64,000 nt of DNA, taken from an uncultured archaeon (GTDB lineage Archaea > Aenigmatarchaeota > Aenigmatarchaeia > Aenigmatarchaeales > Aenigmatarchaeaceae). Positions 36,445 to 46,300 of this stretch are shown here, piece by piece (the stretch's first letter is position 1; each line of letters opens with the position of its first letter). The notes under the pieces are model-generated. The model did not search any database. It had not been told where the DNA came from and saw only the letters and a program-made list of their open reading frames with translations. Location of the stretch: contig CAYFXV010000001.1 of NCBI GenBank assembly GCA_964347265.1, positions 14,397 through 78,396 of the forward strand, in the 5' to 3' direction. A program made the translations under genes and the position numbers.

Positions 36445-37104
36445 TTATTCTTTCTGTATTCTTTTTTCCAAAAGTAGATAAGAAATTTTTTCATCAACTA
36501 TTATTTCTCCAATATGTTTACAAACAATTGATGTATCTAAAAAAACTTTAAATCCTTCTTTCTTTGCATTTTCACAAAAAGTCATATCTTCATTTAATTG
36601 TTCTACAATATCTGTATGTATATTTTTAAACTCAAAAAAAGTATTATAACCCCTTTCTTTTAATTTTTCAAAAACCTCTTTTTTAACTAAAACACAACCA
36701 AAACCAACAATATCAACTTCATGAAGGGCATTCAGTTTTACAAAATCAAGTAGTTTATATTTGCCTTCTTTATTTTTCATACAAACAACTGGCCTATATG
36801 GTGGTTTTCTTTGAAAATAAAGTGCTGAAATTATATCCTTATCTTTAGCGAATAAGTTGTCTAAAGTATTAGGAGGAATTAGCATATCTGAATCAATAAA
36901 CCAAAGATAATCTGGATTTTCTAATAAAGCTTTTTCAACAAGCTCATTTCTAGCTGCATCAAGTGGGAAACGTTTTGAAAAAACTAACCTTATATCATAC
37001 TTAGTTATGTTCTCATTTATTATGTTTAAAAAATTTAGAAAAAAATCACTATTAATAGTATTTGTTAGCGGTATGCAAAGGGAAACTCGTTTTTTGTTGT
37101 TCAT
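36445..37104 (-). CDS. GT-A-fold glycosyltransferase-like protein.
   Basis: 219 aa. The N-terminal CIPLTN...D..AARN and a DSD (DxD) motif suggest a nucleotide-sugar transferase fold. Confidence 0.4.
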   Translation of the reverse strand: MNNKKRVSLCIPLTNTINSDFFLNFLNIINENITKYDIRLVFSKRFPLDAARNELVEKALLENPDYLWFIDSDMLIPPNTLDNLFAKDKDIISALYFQRKPPYRPVVCMKNKEGKYKLLDFVKLNALHEVDIVGFGCVLVKKEVFEKLKERGYNTFFEFKNIHTDIVEQLNEDMTFCENAKKEGFKVFLDTSIVCKHIGEIIVDEKISYLLLEKRIQKE

Positions 37105-37193
37105 CTTAATCGTCTATTAAAAATAATATTAAGAGAAATATTTAAATTGTTAAATAAATTACCAATTTATTTAAAGGAAAACAACAATTTAGT

Positions 37194-37670
37194 ATGGCTG
37201 AAAACACTTATTTAATATTTCATCCAACAAGATTAGCATATTTTCTCTGGTATCTTATTGCAATAATTATAATAATTGTTGGTATTTTATCATTTTTTGA
37301 TATTATACCAATTTCAACTTTAATTGCAGATTATAATACTTATATTTTGATTTTCTTCAGTGCTGCTGGGATTATTTTAGTGGGAATTGCCGAAATTTTA
37401 AGAAAAACTGACAAATATGCAATAACAAATTTTAGAATTATCGAGAAAAAAGGTATAATAAATATTGAGGAAGACTCTATATACTGGGAAAAAGTAGCTA
37501 ATTATTCTTTAAGTCAAAATTTGGTGGATAGGATTTTTAAGATTGGCACAATAAAATTGTGGAGCATGGGTGGTGGAGGAGAAGGAATAGAACCTGAAGT
37601 AGTAATTAAAAAGGCTCCTCATATTAAAAAAATAAGATTTCTTTTGGATAAGTTGATACAAAAAAGATAA
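37194..37670 (+). CDS. Membrane protein with a bacterial-PH (YdbS/DUF304-like) domain.
   Basis: 158 aa with two N-terminal TM helices, then YAITNFRIIEKKG...IGTIKLWSMGGGGEG. Confidence 0.45.
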   Translation: MAENTYLIFHPTRLAYFLWYLIAIIIIIVGILSFFDIIPISTLIADYNTYILIFFSAAGIILVGIAEILRKTDKYAITNFRIIEKKGIINIEEDSIYWEKVANYSLSQNLVDRIFKIGTIKLWSMGGGGEGIEPEVVIKKAPHIKKIRFLLDKLIQKR

Positions 37671-37706
37671 TTCTTATAAATATTTGTTGTTTTAATAAAA
37701 TAAGAT

Positions 37707-37779
37707 GGGCCAGTGGTCTAGCGGCTATGACGCTACCTTGACAGGGTAGATATCGCAGGTTCGAGTCCTGCCTGGCCCA
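37707..37779 (+). tRNA. tRNA-Val (anticodon GAC).
   Basis: Manual fold: acceptor GGGCCAG/CTGGCCC, anticodon stem CTACC/GGTAG with loop TTGACAG, T-arm GCAGG-TTCGAGT-CCTGC. Confidence 0.8.
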
Positions 37780-37793
37780 CTTAGAGTGATAAA

Positions 37794-38225
37794 ATGAAAG
37801 CTTGGAAAATTATAGTAGCTGGAATTGTGTTTGCAATAATAGCTCAAATAATACACTATGTAGAAGCAATTGCTACAATGGGTTTCTACATGGATCCAAC
37901 ATATTTCACAGTTTGGAGCAAAATAATGATGCCAACAGAAGGTGCACCGCCAGCTGAATTCTATTACTTTTCAATTGGATTTGGAATAATAACAGGAATA
38001 ATTTATGCTGTGGTTTATGCAATGGTTAAAAAAAGTGTACCAGGAAAAACAATTGTTAAACAGGGCCTATATTTCGGTTTCCTCTTGTTTCTACTAGGAA
38101 TACCTCATACTTTGGCAATGTATTTAATAATTAACTTGCCAACATTATTACTATTTTACTGGACAATAACAGGCCTTATAATTAATTTAATAGGCGGAGT
38201 TATTATTGCTGGAATAGTTAAGTAG
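37794..38225 (+). CDS. Polytopic small membrane protein (hypothetical).
   Basis: 143 aa with four predicted TM helices. Confidence 0.4.
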   Translation: MKAWKIIVAGIVFAIIAQIIHYVEAIATMGFYMDPTYFTVWSKIMMPTEGAPPAEFYYFSIGFGIITGIIYAVVYAMVKKSVPGKTIVKQGLYFGFLLFLLGIPHTLAMYLIINLPTLLLFYWTITGLIINLIGGVIIAGIVK

Positions 38226-38233
38226 TGTTTTAA

Positions 38234-39496
38234 ATGAAAATTTTTGCCGATTTACATTTACATAGTCATTATAGTAGGGCAACTTCTAATAAAATGAATA
38301 TAGAAAATCTGGAAAGATATGCAAAAATTAAAGGAATAAATCTTTTGGGAACCGGAGATTTTACACACCCTTCTTGGTTAGATGAATTGAAAAGAAGCTT
38401 AATAGAAGTTGGAAATACTGGTTTATTTCAATTTAAAGACAAAAGTATATATTTCATGCTTCAAGCAGAAGTTTCAAATATTTATAATCAAGATGAAAAA
38501 ACAAGAAAAATACATAATGTTATTTTAGCTCCTAGTTTTGAAATTGTAGAACAGATAAATGATTTTCTTAAAAACTATGGTAAATTGGCAAGTGATGGAA
38601 GACCTATTTTAACTAATATAAACTGTGCAGAACTTGTAGAGAGTTTGATTAATATTTCCAGAGATACAGTAATAATACCAGCACATATATGGACTCCTTG
38701 GTTCTCTTTATTTGGAAGCAAATCTGGTTTTGATTCAATAGAAGGATGCTTTAAAGATAAGACAAAACACGTATTTGCTTTAGAAACAGGCCTTTCTAGT
38801 GATCCTGCAATGAATTGGAGACTATCTTCATTAGATAATTTTGCATTGGTTTCAAATAGTGATAGTCATAGCCCATGGCCTAATAGATTGGGTAGAGAAT
38901 TAAATGTTTTTGATATTGAAATGAAATATAAAGACATAATAAATGCGATTAAAAATAAGAATCCTAAAGAATTTCTTTATACTGTTGAAGTTGATCCTTC
39001 TTATGGTAAGTATCATTGGGATGGTCATAGAAATTGTAATGTTTGTTTGAATCCTAAGGAATCAAGAAAATATCATGATATTTGTCCTGTTTGTGGAAAT
39101 CCTTTAACAATAGGTGTGGAACACAGGGTTGAAGAACTGGCAGACAGAAAAGAAGGTTTTGTTCCTAAAAATGCTATTGTTTTTAAAACTTTGCTCCCAT
39201 TATCAGAATTAATAGCACATATCTATAATACCCAACCTTTTTCTAAGAAAGTCTGGACAGAGTCTACAAAATTAATAAAGAGCTTTGACTCTGAATTAAA
39301 TGTTCTATTAAATGCTAATAGAGAAAATTTAAAACTTTTAGTTAATGAAAGACTTGTTGATTTAATAATAAAAAACAGAGAAGGAAAATTAAAGGTTCAA
39401 CCTGGATATGATGGAGTTTATGGAAAATTAATATTAGATGGAAAAATTTCTATTAAACAACCTCAAAAAAGAATTGATAGTTATATTAATAAATAA
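38234..39496 (+). CDS. PHP-domain phosphoesterase with a C-terminal Zn-ribbon (archaeal TIGR00375-like family).
   Basis: 420 aa. N-terminal MKIFADLHLHSHYSRATS is the PHP His motif. Its Cys clusters are CNVCLNP...CPVCGNP. Confidence 0.6.
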   Translation: MKIFADLHLHSHYSRATSNKMNIENLERYAKIKGINLLGTGDFTHPSWLDELKRSLIEVGNTGLFQFKDKSIYFMLQAEVSNIYNQDEKTRKIHNVILAPSFEIVEQINDFLKNYGKLASDGRPILTNINCAELVESLINISRDTVIIPAHIWTPWFSLFGSKSGFDSIEGCFKDKTKHVFALETGLSSDPAMNWRLSSLDNFALVSNSDSHSPWPNRLGRELNVFDIEMKYKDIINAIKNKNPKEFLYTVEVDPSYGKYHWDGHRNCNVCLNPKESRKYHDICPVCGNPLTIGVEHRVEELADRKEGFVPKNAIVFKTLLPLSELIAHIYNTQPFSKKVWTESTKLIKSFDSELNVLLNANRENLKLLVNERLVDLIIKNREGKLKVQPGYDGVYGKLILDGKISIKQPQKRIDSYINK

Positions 39497-39545
39497 TAAA
39501 AATGAGAGTAGAGAAATGTTTCTCTACTTTTAAAACAGCGAAAAA

Positions 39546-40514
39546 CTACTTGCCTGAAACTGTTACGCTAGCTGTTCTTTCAACCCAATAACCATAGTCT
39601 GCTGTTACTTTGATCTGATCTGACCTAAATGTTGAAGGTATGGATGTTACAGTTACATCACAAGTTATTGTTGCTTCACCTTTTGTTAATTCAAATGTAT
39701 CGGCACAATCTTCCTCACCACTCCATCCAGGTACATCTGATACATCTATGTCTATCCAGTTTAATTGTGTTTCTGCATCAATTTCATAATCAGTTCCATC
39801 ATAAGCAACTGCACCTTGTAGGTAAACTGTTCCACCACCTACGCTACTAGCTTTTATTTGTAGTGTAAATGTTTGATCACCATCAACAATTACATTTGTT
39901 GGTTTTACTGTCACATATAATGCAACAGGACCTCCTGTTGAAGTGAATGAATTTTGATTTAATGATCTTCCTGCTGCTTTTGCTGCATCAGCTTCTGCCT
40001 CATCATAAATCCATACATTACCTGTAACAGTAGTTGTGTAATCGTAATAAAGTCTTCCTATGAATACATCAGTTCTTGATATTCCTGGATCAATAGCTGT
40101 AGGTGAGGTTAAATACCAGTTTACTGTCTTCTCGTCTGCTGGGACATCTCTAACTGGGTCATACGGATCCATATCCTTTCCCATAGTTTGATGAGTTGTA
40201 GTGGTAGTACCTCTTTCAGTCCAATATAAACCACCGTCTGGTGAGAAGTCACTTCGAAGAGCTGAACCTTGCAACACAGCTAATGCACTACCATCTGGTA
40301 CACTTGAACCACCTTTGTTAATAATTGTCATTGTAATTTTTGCTGAACGGTTGTTATAAACTTCTGTATTATCTATAGAGAATTCTTCTACTACTAAACC
40401 GCCTCCAGCAAAAACTGTAGGTGATGTTATCCATGGTATTGATATTGGTCCGCCCTGAATACACCCTGCTATAAAGATTATAGCCAGCGTAGCTAACAAA
40501 ATCTCTTTTTTCAT
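39546..40514 (-). CDS. Secreted lipoprotein-like protein, paralog A.
   Basis: 322 aa with signal peptide plus lipobox-like LAIIFIAGCIQG. It is a paralog of 40623..41582 and shares ETQLNW, the KAAGR block and overall layout with it. Confidence 0.5.
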   Translation of the reverse strand: MKKEILLATLAIIFIAGCIQGGPISIPWITSPTVFAGGGLVVEEFSIDNTEVYNNRSAKITMTIINKGGSSVPDGSALAVLQGSALRSDFSPDGGLYWTERGTTTTTHQTMGKDMDPYDPVRDVPADEKTVNWYLTSPTAIDPGISRTDVFIGRLYYDYTTTVTGNVWIYDEAEADAAKAAGRSLNQNSFTSTGGPVALYVTVKPTNVIVDGDQTFTLQIKASSVGGGTVYLQGAVAYDGTDYEIDAETQLNWIDIDVSDVPGWSGEEDCADTFELTKGEATITCDVTVTSIPSTFRSDQIKVTADYGYWVERTASVTVSGK

Positions 40515-40622
40515 TTAAAAATCACCTTTTATTTCTATCATAAAATTGTAAGGCGTATATTTATAGATTTAGGTTAGGGAGTTGTACATTGCTTACACTA
40601 CAAAAAATTTGCATTTTAGAAT

Positions 40623-41582
40623 TTATCTTCCTTGAACTGTTACAACTGCTTCTCTTTCTTGGTAATAACCATAGGTCACTAATACATTGAGTAGATATGA
40701 TTTAAAAGTTGATGGTGCTGAAGGTACTTTAGCTTCACAAACTAGTGTCATGGATCTTCCTCCAAAAACTTCCTGATCACCAGTACATTCTGCAACATTT
40801 AAATTTGGAGCATCCACAGCCACATTAAGCCAGTTTAATTGTGTTTCTGCATCTAATGCTAAATCAGAAACTGTTGCACTATCGTAATCTATGTCTTTAT
40901 TAAAAATTGTACCAGTTGCAGTATTAGTTATATCTATGTTAAAAGTAAATTCGGTTTCACCTTCATACAGTATTATTGGATTTGGAGTTAATCTAACATT
41001 TACACCAACTGGTCCTGAAATTGGTGTGAAACTTGATGTTCTCAGGGCTCTTCCTGCTGCTTTTGTTGCTTCTGCTTCCGAATCTGTATAAACCCATATG
41101 TTACCATTCACACCTGATGAATAATCACTGTAAACTCTTAGTATGAATGTGTCTTGTCTTGTTTGACCTGGTGTTATGGTCGGAGAAACCAAACTCCAGC
41201 TAAATCTTTCCATATCAGGTGGAGTGCCTCTTACAACGTTTTCAGGATCCATATCTTTAGAAAAATATCTTATTTCACTTCTATCATCACCTGCATCCCT
41301 ACCATACCAATATTTACCAGTTGTATCATCAAGATCAATATTTGAACCTGTTAAATAAACTAGAGCTGAATCATTTGCAACTGTTGTTCCTCCCCTGTTT
41401 TCAATTTCTCCTACTACTCTTACTGTTCTATTACTATAAACAGGAGTTGGATCTGCTGTAAAACTTATTATTTCTAAACCTATGCCTCCAAGTCCTACTG
41501 TTGGCCCCAATCCTGGTATTTCTCCTATACATCCTGCAACTAAAGCTATTGCTAAAATTGATATTAAAATTTTGGATTTCAT
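40623..41582 (-). CDS. Secreted lipoprotein-like protein, paralog B.
   Basis: 319 aa with signal/lipobox LAIALVAGCIGE. It has the same domain layout as paralog A, including TKAAGRALRTSSF versus AKAAGRSLNQNSF. Confidence 0.5.
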   Translation of the reverse strand: MKSKILISILAIALVAGCIGEIPGLGPTVGLGGIGLEIISFTADPTPVYSNRTVRVVGEIENRGGTTVANDSALVYLTGSNIDLDDTTGKYWYGRDAGDDRSEIRYFSKDMDPENVVRGTPPDMERFSWSLVSPTITPGQTRQDTFILRVYSDYSSGVNGNIWVYTDSEAEATKAAGRALRTSSFTPISGPVGVNVRLTPNPIILYEGETEFTFNIDITNTATGTIFNKDIDYDSATVSDLALDAETQLNWLNVAVDAPNLNVAECTGDQEVFGGRSMTLVCEAKVPSAPSTFKSYLLNVLVTYGYYQEREAVVTVQGR

Positions 41583-41689
41583 ATTTTCACTGATATAAAA
41601 TTGTAAAGTACGTATTTATAGTTAGCGGTCATTATTACACTTTATAAAAACAATGTGGATTAACAAATTAAAAGAATAAATATTCAGTA

Positions 41690-42952
41690 TTATTGTTTTG
41701 CTATAGGTGCATTGTGGATAAGTAAGTCATTTTCACCAAAGTAATTATGAGCTTCAGTCTCTATATTATAAACATAACCTGTATATGCGTTTATTTTATT
41801 TGAAACTAGAGAAACTAAAACTGCTTCTTCATTTAAAGATGGGAATACTTTATGATTCCATGTAAACCAGTTACCATTATAAAAATAAATATCCCAAAAT
41901 CCAAAATGAGATGTTTTTTCTTTAACTTTTGTTTCAACTTTTTTACCATCTTTATATCCTATTACTGTATCACCAACTTTCAAATCTTCAATTCTTTTAA
42001 ATCCTTCAGGCGTTAAAACCTTAAAACCCTCTATTAAACAACCTCCACCGCCTCCAAAAGGTGTGGGAGTTGTAGGTTTTTCTCCTTTTACTGTTATAGG
42101 AATATGGTTGTAAAGAGTGTATTTATAACCAATATCCATATTTAAAGATTTAATACTCATTATGGTTTGTGGAGCAGTGGAAAATTCACAAATTGTTGGA
42201 ACAGCCCTACCTTTTATAAATTTCAAATCTTTATTTAATGTAAAGGTCCCTCCACTCGACGTATAATTGGGACAACTACTTATAATTATATTGTTTGGAG
42301 CAGTGAATTTTATATCTAAATTATCAAAAAAACCATCTCCCCTATTATTATAATTAATATACATATCATATCCTGATAGATCCGCTATAAATGGCTGTGA
42401 TTCAGAAAAAGTTAAATAAACATTTAATGGGCCTTTTGCAAAAGTAGATTGAATAGGAATATCTTGAAGTGTTCCTTCTACTTCTCTTACAACATATTCA
42501 GATTCTGATAAAACTACTATATCTTGAAAAACAGAACTGGTCGCAGAATATGCTACAAAAAACTTTATTATACATCGTCTATCTATCTCTGATTCTTCTG
42601 ATTTCCATCTCCAATGCCACATACAAGTTTGGTTTGCTTTTAATGTTCCAGATGCATCAGTACCACAATCGTCTTTTAGAAATTTATTAGTAGCAACATC
42701 AAAACAAGGATAATCATAAACTATTAAATTAACATTGTTTAAATCATAAAGTTGCTTATTCCTTAATTCAAAAAAAACTTGAACTTCTCTTCCTCCTCTA
42801 ATTTCTGAAGAAGTTGTTTCTGCTTTTATGTAAAGGTCTGGACTTCCTGGATCAATTAAAAAAGTCTCTGGTTGTGGTAGTGATGGAAATGGAGGTAGAA
42901 TCGAACATAAAGAAATCAGAACAATGGGAAGTAATAAAAGTAAATATTTCAT
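41690..42952 (-). CDS. Secreted protein with a C-terminal Hint domain (hedgehog/intein-like, bacterial-intein-like type).
   Basis: 420 aa with a signal peptide. A Gly5 linker is followed by CLIEGFKVLTPEGFKRIEDLKVGDTVIG (intein block A), KTSHFGF (block B, TxxH), YNIETEAHNYFG (block F) and NDLLIHN (block G, terminal HN). Only 6 non-nucleophilic residues (APIAKQ) follow. Confidence 0.7.
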   Translation of the reverse strand: MKYLLLLLPIVLISLCSILPPFPSLPQPETFLIDPGSPDLYIKAETTSSEIRGGREVQVFFELRNKQLYDLNNVNLIVYDYPCFDVATNKFLKDDCGTDASGTLKANQTCMWHWRWKSEESEIDRRCIIKFFVAYSATSSVFQDIVVLSESEYVVREVEGTLQDIPIQSTFAKGPLNVYLTFSESQPFIADLSGYDMYINYNNRGDGFFDNLDIKFTAPNNIIISSCPNYTSSGGTFTLNKDLKFIKGRAVPTICEFSTAPQTIMSIKSLNMDIGYKYTLYNHIPITVKGEKPTTPTPFGGGGGCLIEGFKVLTPEGFKRIEDLKVGDTVIGYKDGKKVETKVKEKTSHFGFWDIYFYNGNWFTWNHKVFPSLNEEAVLVSLVSNKINAYTGYVYNIETEAHNYFGENDLLIHNAPIAKQ

Positions 42953-43881
42953 GGTCTTACCTCAACATCAACATTTCCTATTGTATAATAGTCGTAATCA
43001 ATTGATGCATTTATAAAATATGTTTTTTCTGGACCTGGAGAAATAATAGATGGTGTTGTAATGCCAGAACATCTTATTTCAAGAGATTTTTTATTTATTA
43101 TATAAATATCTTCATCACTCGTACATATTCTGCTTCCAGAATCACAATCAAAAAATGGACAAGTATCAACACCTCCGGTAACAGTGAAACCTTCAGGAAA
43201 TTCTATTTTAAATTTACCGCTAGGAATTTTTCTTAATAATCCAGTCCCTTTATCATGCACCACTAAATAAACTGCTAAAGAAGTACCAGTTTTTGCAGGC
43301 AAACTAGTTCCAAAATCAAAATAAATTTTTATAGGGCCTCTCCCAACATTTACAGTTGGTGTAAAAGTAGTTGTCTTTCCTGCCCTATGTAATTCTTGTA
43401 AGTGTGCTGTTTCAATTACAAGAATATCAATCTCTGATACTGCTGTGTGTTCAAAATCAAATTTAAATTTTATAGGACAAGTTGTTTTTATATTTGCAAT
43501 ATCTTCTGATGAAGGAGCTTGAAAAGTCCATTCAACTAATCTTGTTTCTGTTGGAGAAAGTTTAGTCCAAGCAGGATTACTTGTTGGGGGAATATCAGGA
43601 ACTCCTCCTACAGGTGTACATAAGCCAGTATCATAAATATTATAACCAACTTCTTTAGTATAAATTTCATCTTGGTTTAATAATTCAAAATAAATTGAAA
43701 ACTCATCTTCCGTACGAACAGATGTTGAAGGTAGAACAGTCAAATTGTGTATAGAGATTACATCATGTGGTTTTTCTTTTACTTTAGGACCAGAAGGAGT
43801 AAAAAATGGTATTTCAAATGGTAGACCTACACATCCTGAAAATAATAAAATTAATATTAAACTTAATAACAATTTTTTCAT
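42949..43881 (-). CDS. Lipoprotein-like secreted protein of the envelope cluster.
   Basis: 310 aa. Signal peptide ends in LLFSGCVG (lipobox-like). Its 4-nt overlap with the downstream Hint-protein gene indicates translational coupling. Confidence 0.45.
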   Translation of the reverse strand: MKKLLLSLILILLFSGCVGLPFEIPFFTPSGPKVKEKPHDVISIHNLTVLPSTSVRTEDEFSIYFELLNQDEIYTKEVGYNIYDTGLCTPVGGVPDIPPTSNPAWTKLSPTETRLVEWTFQAPSSEDIANIKTTCPIKFKFDFEHTAVSEIDILVIETAHLQELHRAGKTTTFTPTVNVGRGPIKIYFDFGTSLPAKTGTSLAVYLVVHDKGTGLLRKIPSGKFKIEFPEGFTVTGGVDTCPFFDCDSGSRICTSDEDIYIINKKSLEIRCSGITTPSIISPGPEKTYFINASIDYDYYTIGNVDVEVRP

Positions 43882-43921
43882 TAAATCTCCACTTTATATT
43901 TTATTTTTTAATTTAAAGATT

Positions 43922-46246
43922 TTATTGCGGAGGTGCAATTGCCAATTGTAAGCTTCGTGATTGTGTATTCAAATATCTGTAGTCAGTCAATCCTACTATC
44001 AAACTAGTTTTACTATCAACATCTGCAGGTAAAGCATCGGGTTTTATGAAAAAGGAAACTCTCTTGAATTCTTGAGATTCTATATCTCTACCATGGGTGC
44101 ATGTTATTACATAAAATCCAGAGGGGTTTGTAACTTCGCAACTATCAAAACTGTAATATAAGTCCGAATTAGATAAATTATCAATCAAATTATCAGGAAC
44201 TTTAATTACGAATTTCGCTTGTTTTATTATACCCGTACCTTCATTAAGAAGAGAAGCTATAACAATGTTCGTTTCATCGCTTCTTAATGGCTGTTTCCTA
44301 GAAATTAATGTTGCCTTAACAGGACCTCCAGTATAATAAGATGTCAATTCTTTTATTACTATTTGTTTGTTTTTAAGCAAATCCATGTATAAGCCCGTAT
44401 CCATAACATCAATTGGTATGGATACATTAACTTTATAATTATAAGTCAAATTAGCATTTACTTTAAATAATGTGGTAGCATAAGTATAGGTTGTACCTGG
44501 AACACAAGGAGCTGGATTACCATCTACATCGAGACATTGTCCTCCCAAATCAAGTGTTCCATTAGTCCAAGAATCTTCTTTATAAATAAATGAAGCTACT
44601 TCTATCTCACTTGGATATGTAACATCACTCCAAGTACAAGTGGATCCTGAACCACTACCACGACCACATTCTATTTCAGTAATAGATCCAACATCAGATA
44701 TTTTTGCTGTAACAGGATCTGTCCAAGTTGCATAAATCTCTAATGTTGAAGCTCCGAAAACAGAAGGATCTGATTGATATTCTCCTTTGTTAGTAAGTTC
44801 TATAAAACCTATTGTTGGTTCACTTGGTTCCAAAGTTCCAGGTATAGATGTATAAATATCAAAGCCTGTAAATTCGAGGGATAGTATTGTTCCTGTTGGT
44901 ATGCTTTTTGCTACTTGTATTTTTTGTTGTTGCAATAAATAGTATTGTTGAGGATTAGTCAATAACAACCAACTATCTGATAATCCGCTTTGGGCTTGTG
45001 CTAGAAGAACATTTAATGGGCTCAAATATGTTTCACCAAAACCTTGAACTTGGGGCCACCACACTCCGAATATTGCACTACCAACAAAACCTGTGTATGT
45101 AGTTGAAAATATGAACAATGATATCAAAATTACTATAACTCCAACAGCTGGTCTTGCTTCTGGTCCAGCTGTTGCACCTGAAAACAAGGAAAAAAACCAA
45201 ACAACTGAAAACAATACCACATTCACATCAGAAATATCAAAAGCAAAAGGTCCGAAAGGTTGAAAGAACGTAAAGAGAGCCCCAATCATAACAAGTGAAA
45301 AAATTAATGATTCTGCAGCTCTACCTTTTTTTGAAAGACTTAAATTTATTGTTATTACACCGCCTTCTTCTTCAATATGAGTAGGAATTGCTATAAAAAA
45401 TGCTGCAGACATCAAACCTAATGGCCAACTTAAAGGACCAGCAAAAGTTGAAGAAATTTGAAATGCTAAATAAATACCAAGAACTAATCTTACCCATGCT
45501 AATATAAGCTTATATGGTTGACTAGTCTTGTATCGGAATGGTAAGTTGAAATAAAATATAAATCCAAAAACTAAAGCTAGCATACGGTTCAAAGTAAAAA
45601 AGTCCAATAGTATGAAAAAGAATGCAACTAATTTGGCGAAAGCTTTTACTGTCAAAAAGCCCATAGCTCCACCACTTATCTGTTCCCCTCGTCCGACTTC
45701 ACTGACAATACTACGTTCTGAAGGAAAAACAGAATGAATTGCAATAAAAACAAACCCTATTGCTAAATATGTTCTAGGAGGTATACCAAAGAATGGTGGA
45801 ATAATTATAGAACATGCTGCGGCTATTATATAAATGAGAATTTGAAAAAATTTAAGTTGTGTTCCTTTTCCTGCTATTTCTGCGATAGTTCTAAAGCTAG
45901 GTTTTTTTACTTTAGAAGATGTTGGTCTTCCTTTTGTATAAGCTATGTCCTCTCCTTCCTGAGTCTTTGTTAATGCATGACCTCTCATTTTTTTAAAAAA
46001 ACTAACTAATCCAGTATCTCCCGCTGCTTCTGCTTGTTTTTGCCTTTCCATTGCATAACTTATGTTTGCACCACTATAGGCTTTTCTAACTGCTGTATTA
46101 AAATCTACTCCTTTTGCAGTATACTCATCTATTTTTTGTAACATATACAAATATCTTTGTTTTTTCGCATCTGAAAGATCATCTCTAGAAGCTTGTTTAA
46201 AAATATAATTATATAATTTTTTGTAATCTGTTTTCTTTGTTGCCAT
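43922..46246 (-). CDS. Large polytopic membrane protein: ~130-aa cytoplasmic N-terminus, 8-10 TM helices and a ~380-aa extracytoplasmic C-terminal domain.
   Basis: 774 aa. The hydrophobicity pattern is readable from the sequence, and no known family motif was recognised. The + ORF 43745..43951 overlaps this gene's 3' end and is spurious. Confidence 0.45.
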   Translation of the reverse strand: MATKKTDYKKLYNYIFKQASRDDLSDAKKQRYLYMLQKIDEYTAKGVDFNTAVRKAYSGANISYAMERQKQAEAAGDTGLVSFFKKMRGHALTKTQEGEDIAYTKGRPTSSKVKKPSFRTIAEIAGKGTQLKFFQILIYIIAAACSIIIPPFFGIPPRTYLAIGFVFIAIHSVFPSERSIVSEVGRGEQISGGAMGFLTVKAFAKLVAFFFILLDFFTLNRMLALVFGFIFYFNLPFRYKTSQPYKLILAWVRLVLGIYLAFQISSTFAGPLSWPLGLMSAAFFIAIPTHIEEEGGVITINLSLSKKGRAAESLIFSLVMIGALFTFFQPFGPFAFDISDVNVVLFSVVWFFSLFSGATAGPEARPAVGVIVILISLFIFSTTYTGFVGSAIFGVWWPQVQGFGETYLSPLNVLLAQAQSGLSDSWLLLTNPQQYYLLQQQKIQVAKSIPTGTILSLEFTGFDIYTSIPGTLEPSEPTIGFIELTNKGEYQSDPSVFGASTLEIYATWTDPVTAKISDVGSITEIECGRGSGSGSTCTWSDVTYPSEIEVASFIYKEDSWTNGTLDLGGQCLDVDGNPAPCVPGTTYTYATTLFKVNANLTYNYKVNVSIPIDVMDTGLYMDLLKNKQIVIKELTSYYTGGPVKATLISRKQPLRSDETNIVIASLLNEGTGIIKQAKFVIKVPDNLIDNLSNSDLYYSFDSCEVTNPSGFYVITCTHGRDIESQEFKRVSFFIKPDALPADVDSKTSLIVGLTDYRYLNTQSRSLQLAIAPPQ

Positions 46247-46300
46247 ATTAATCCCAATGCTTTTATCTAAACTAAATATGAGAAATCGTACTTATAATAT

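Noticed and set aside
41690-42070. Interpretation of the Hint domain as a true intein.
   Set aside because: Only six residues (APIAKQ) follow the terminal HN and the +1 residue is Ala. A protein-splicing intein needs a Cys, Ser or Thr nucleophile at +1 and a real C-extein. The architecture fits a C-terminal autoprocessing Hint/BIL domain instead.
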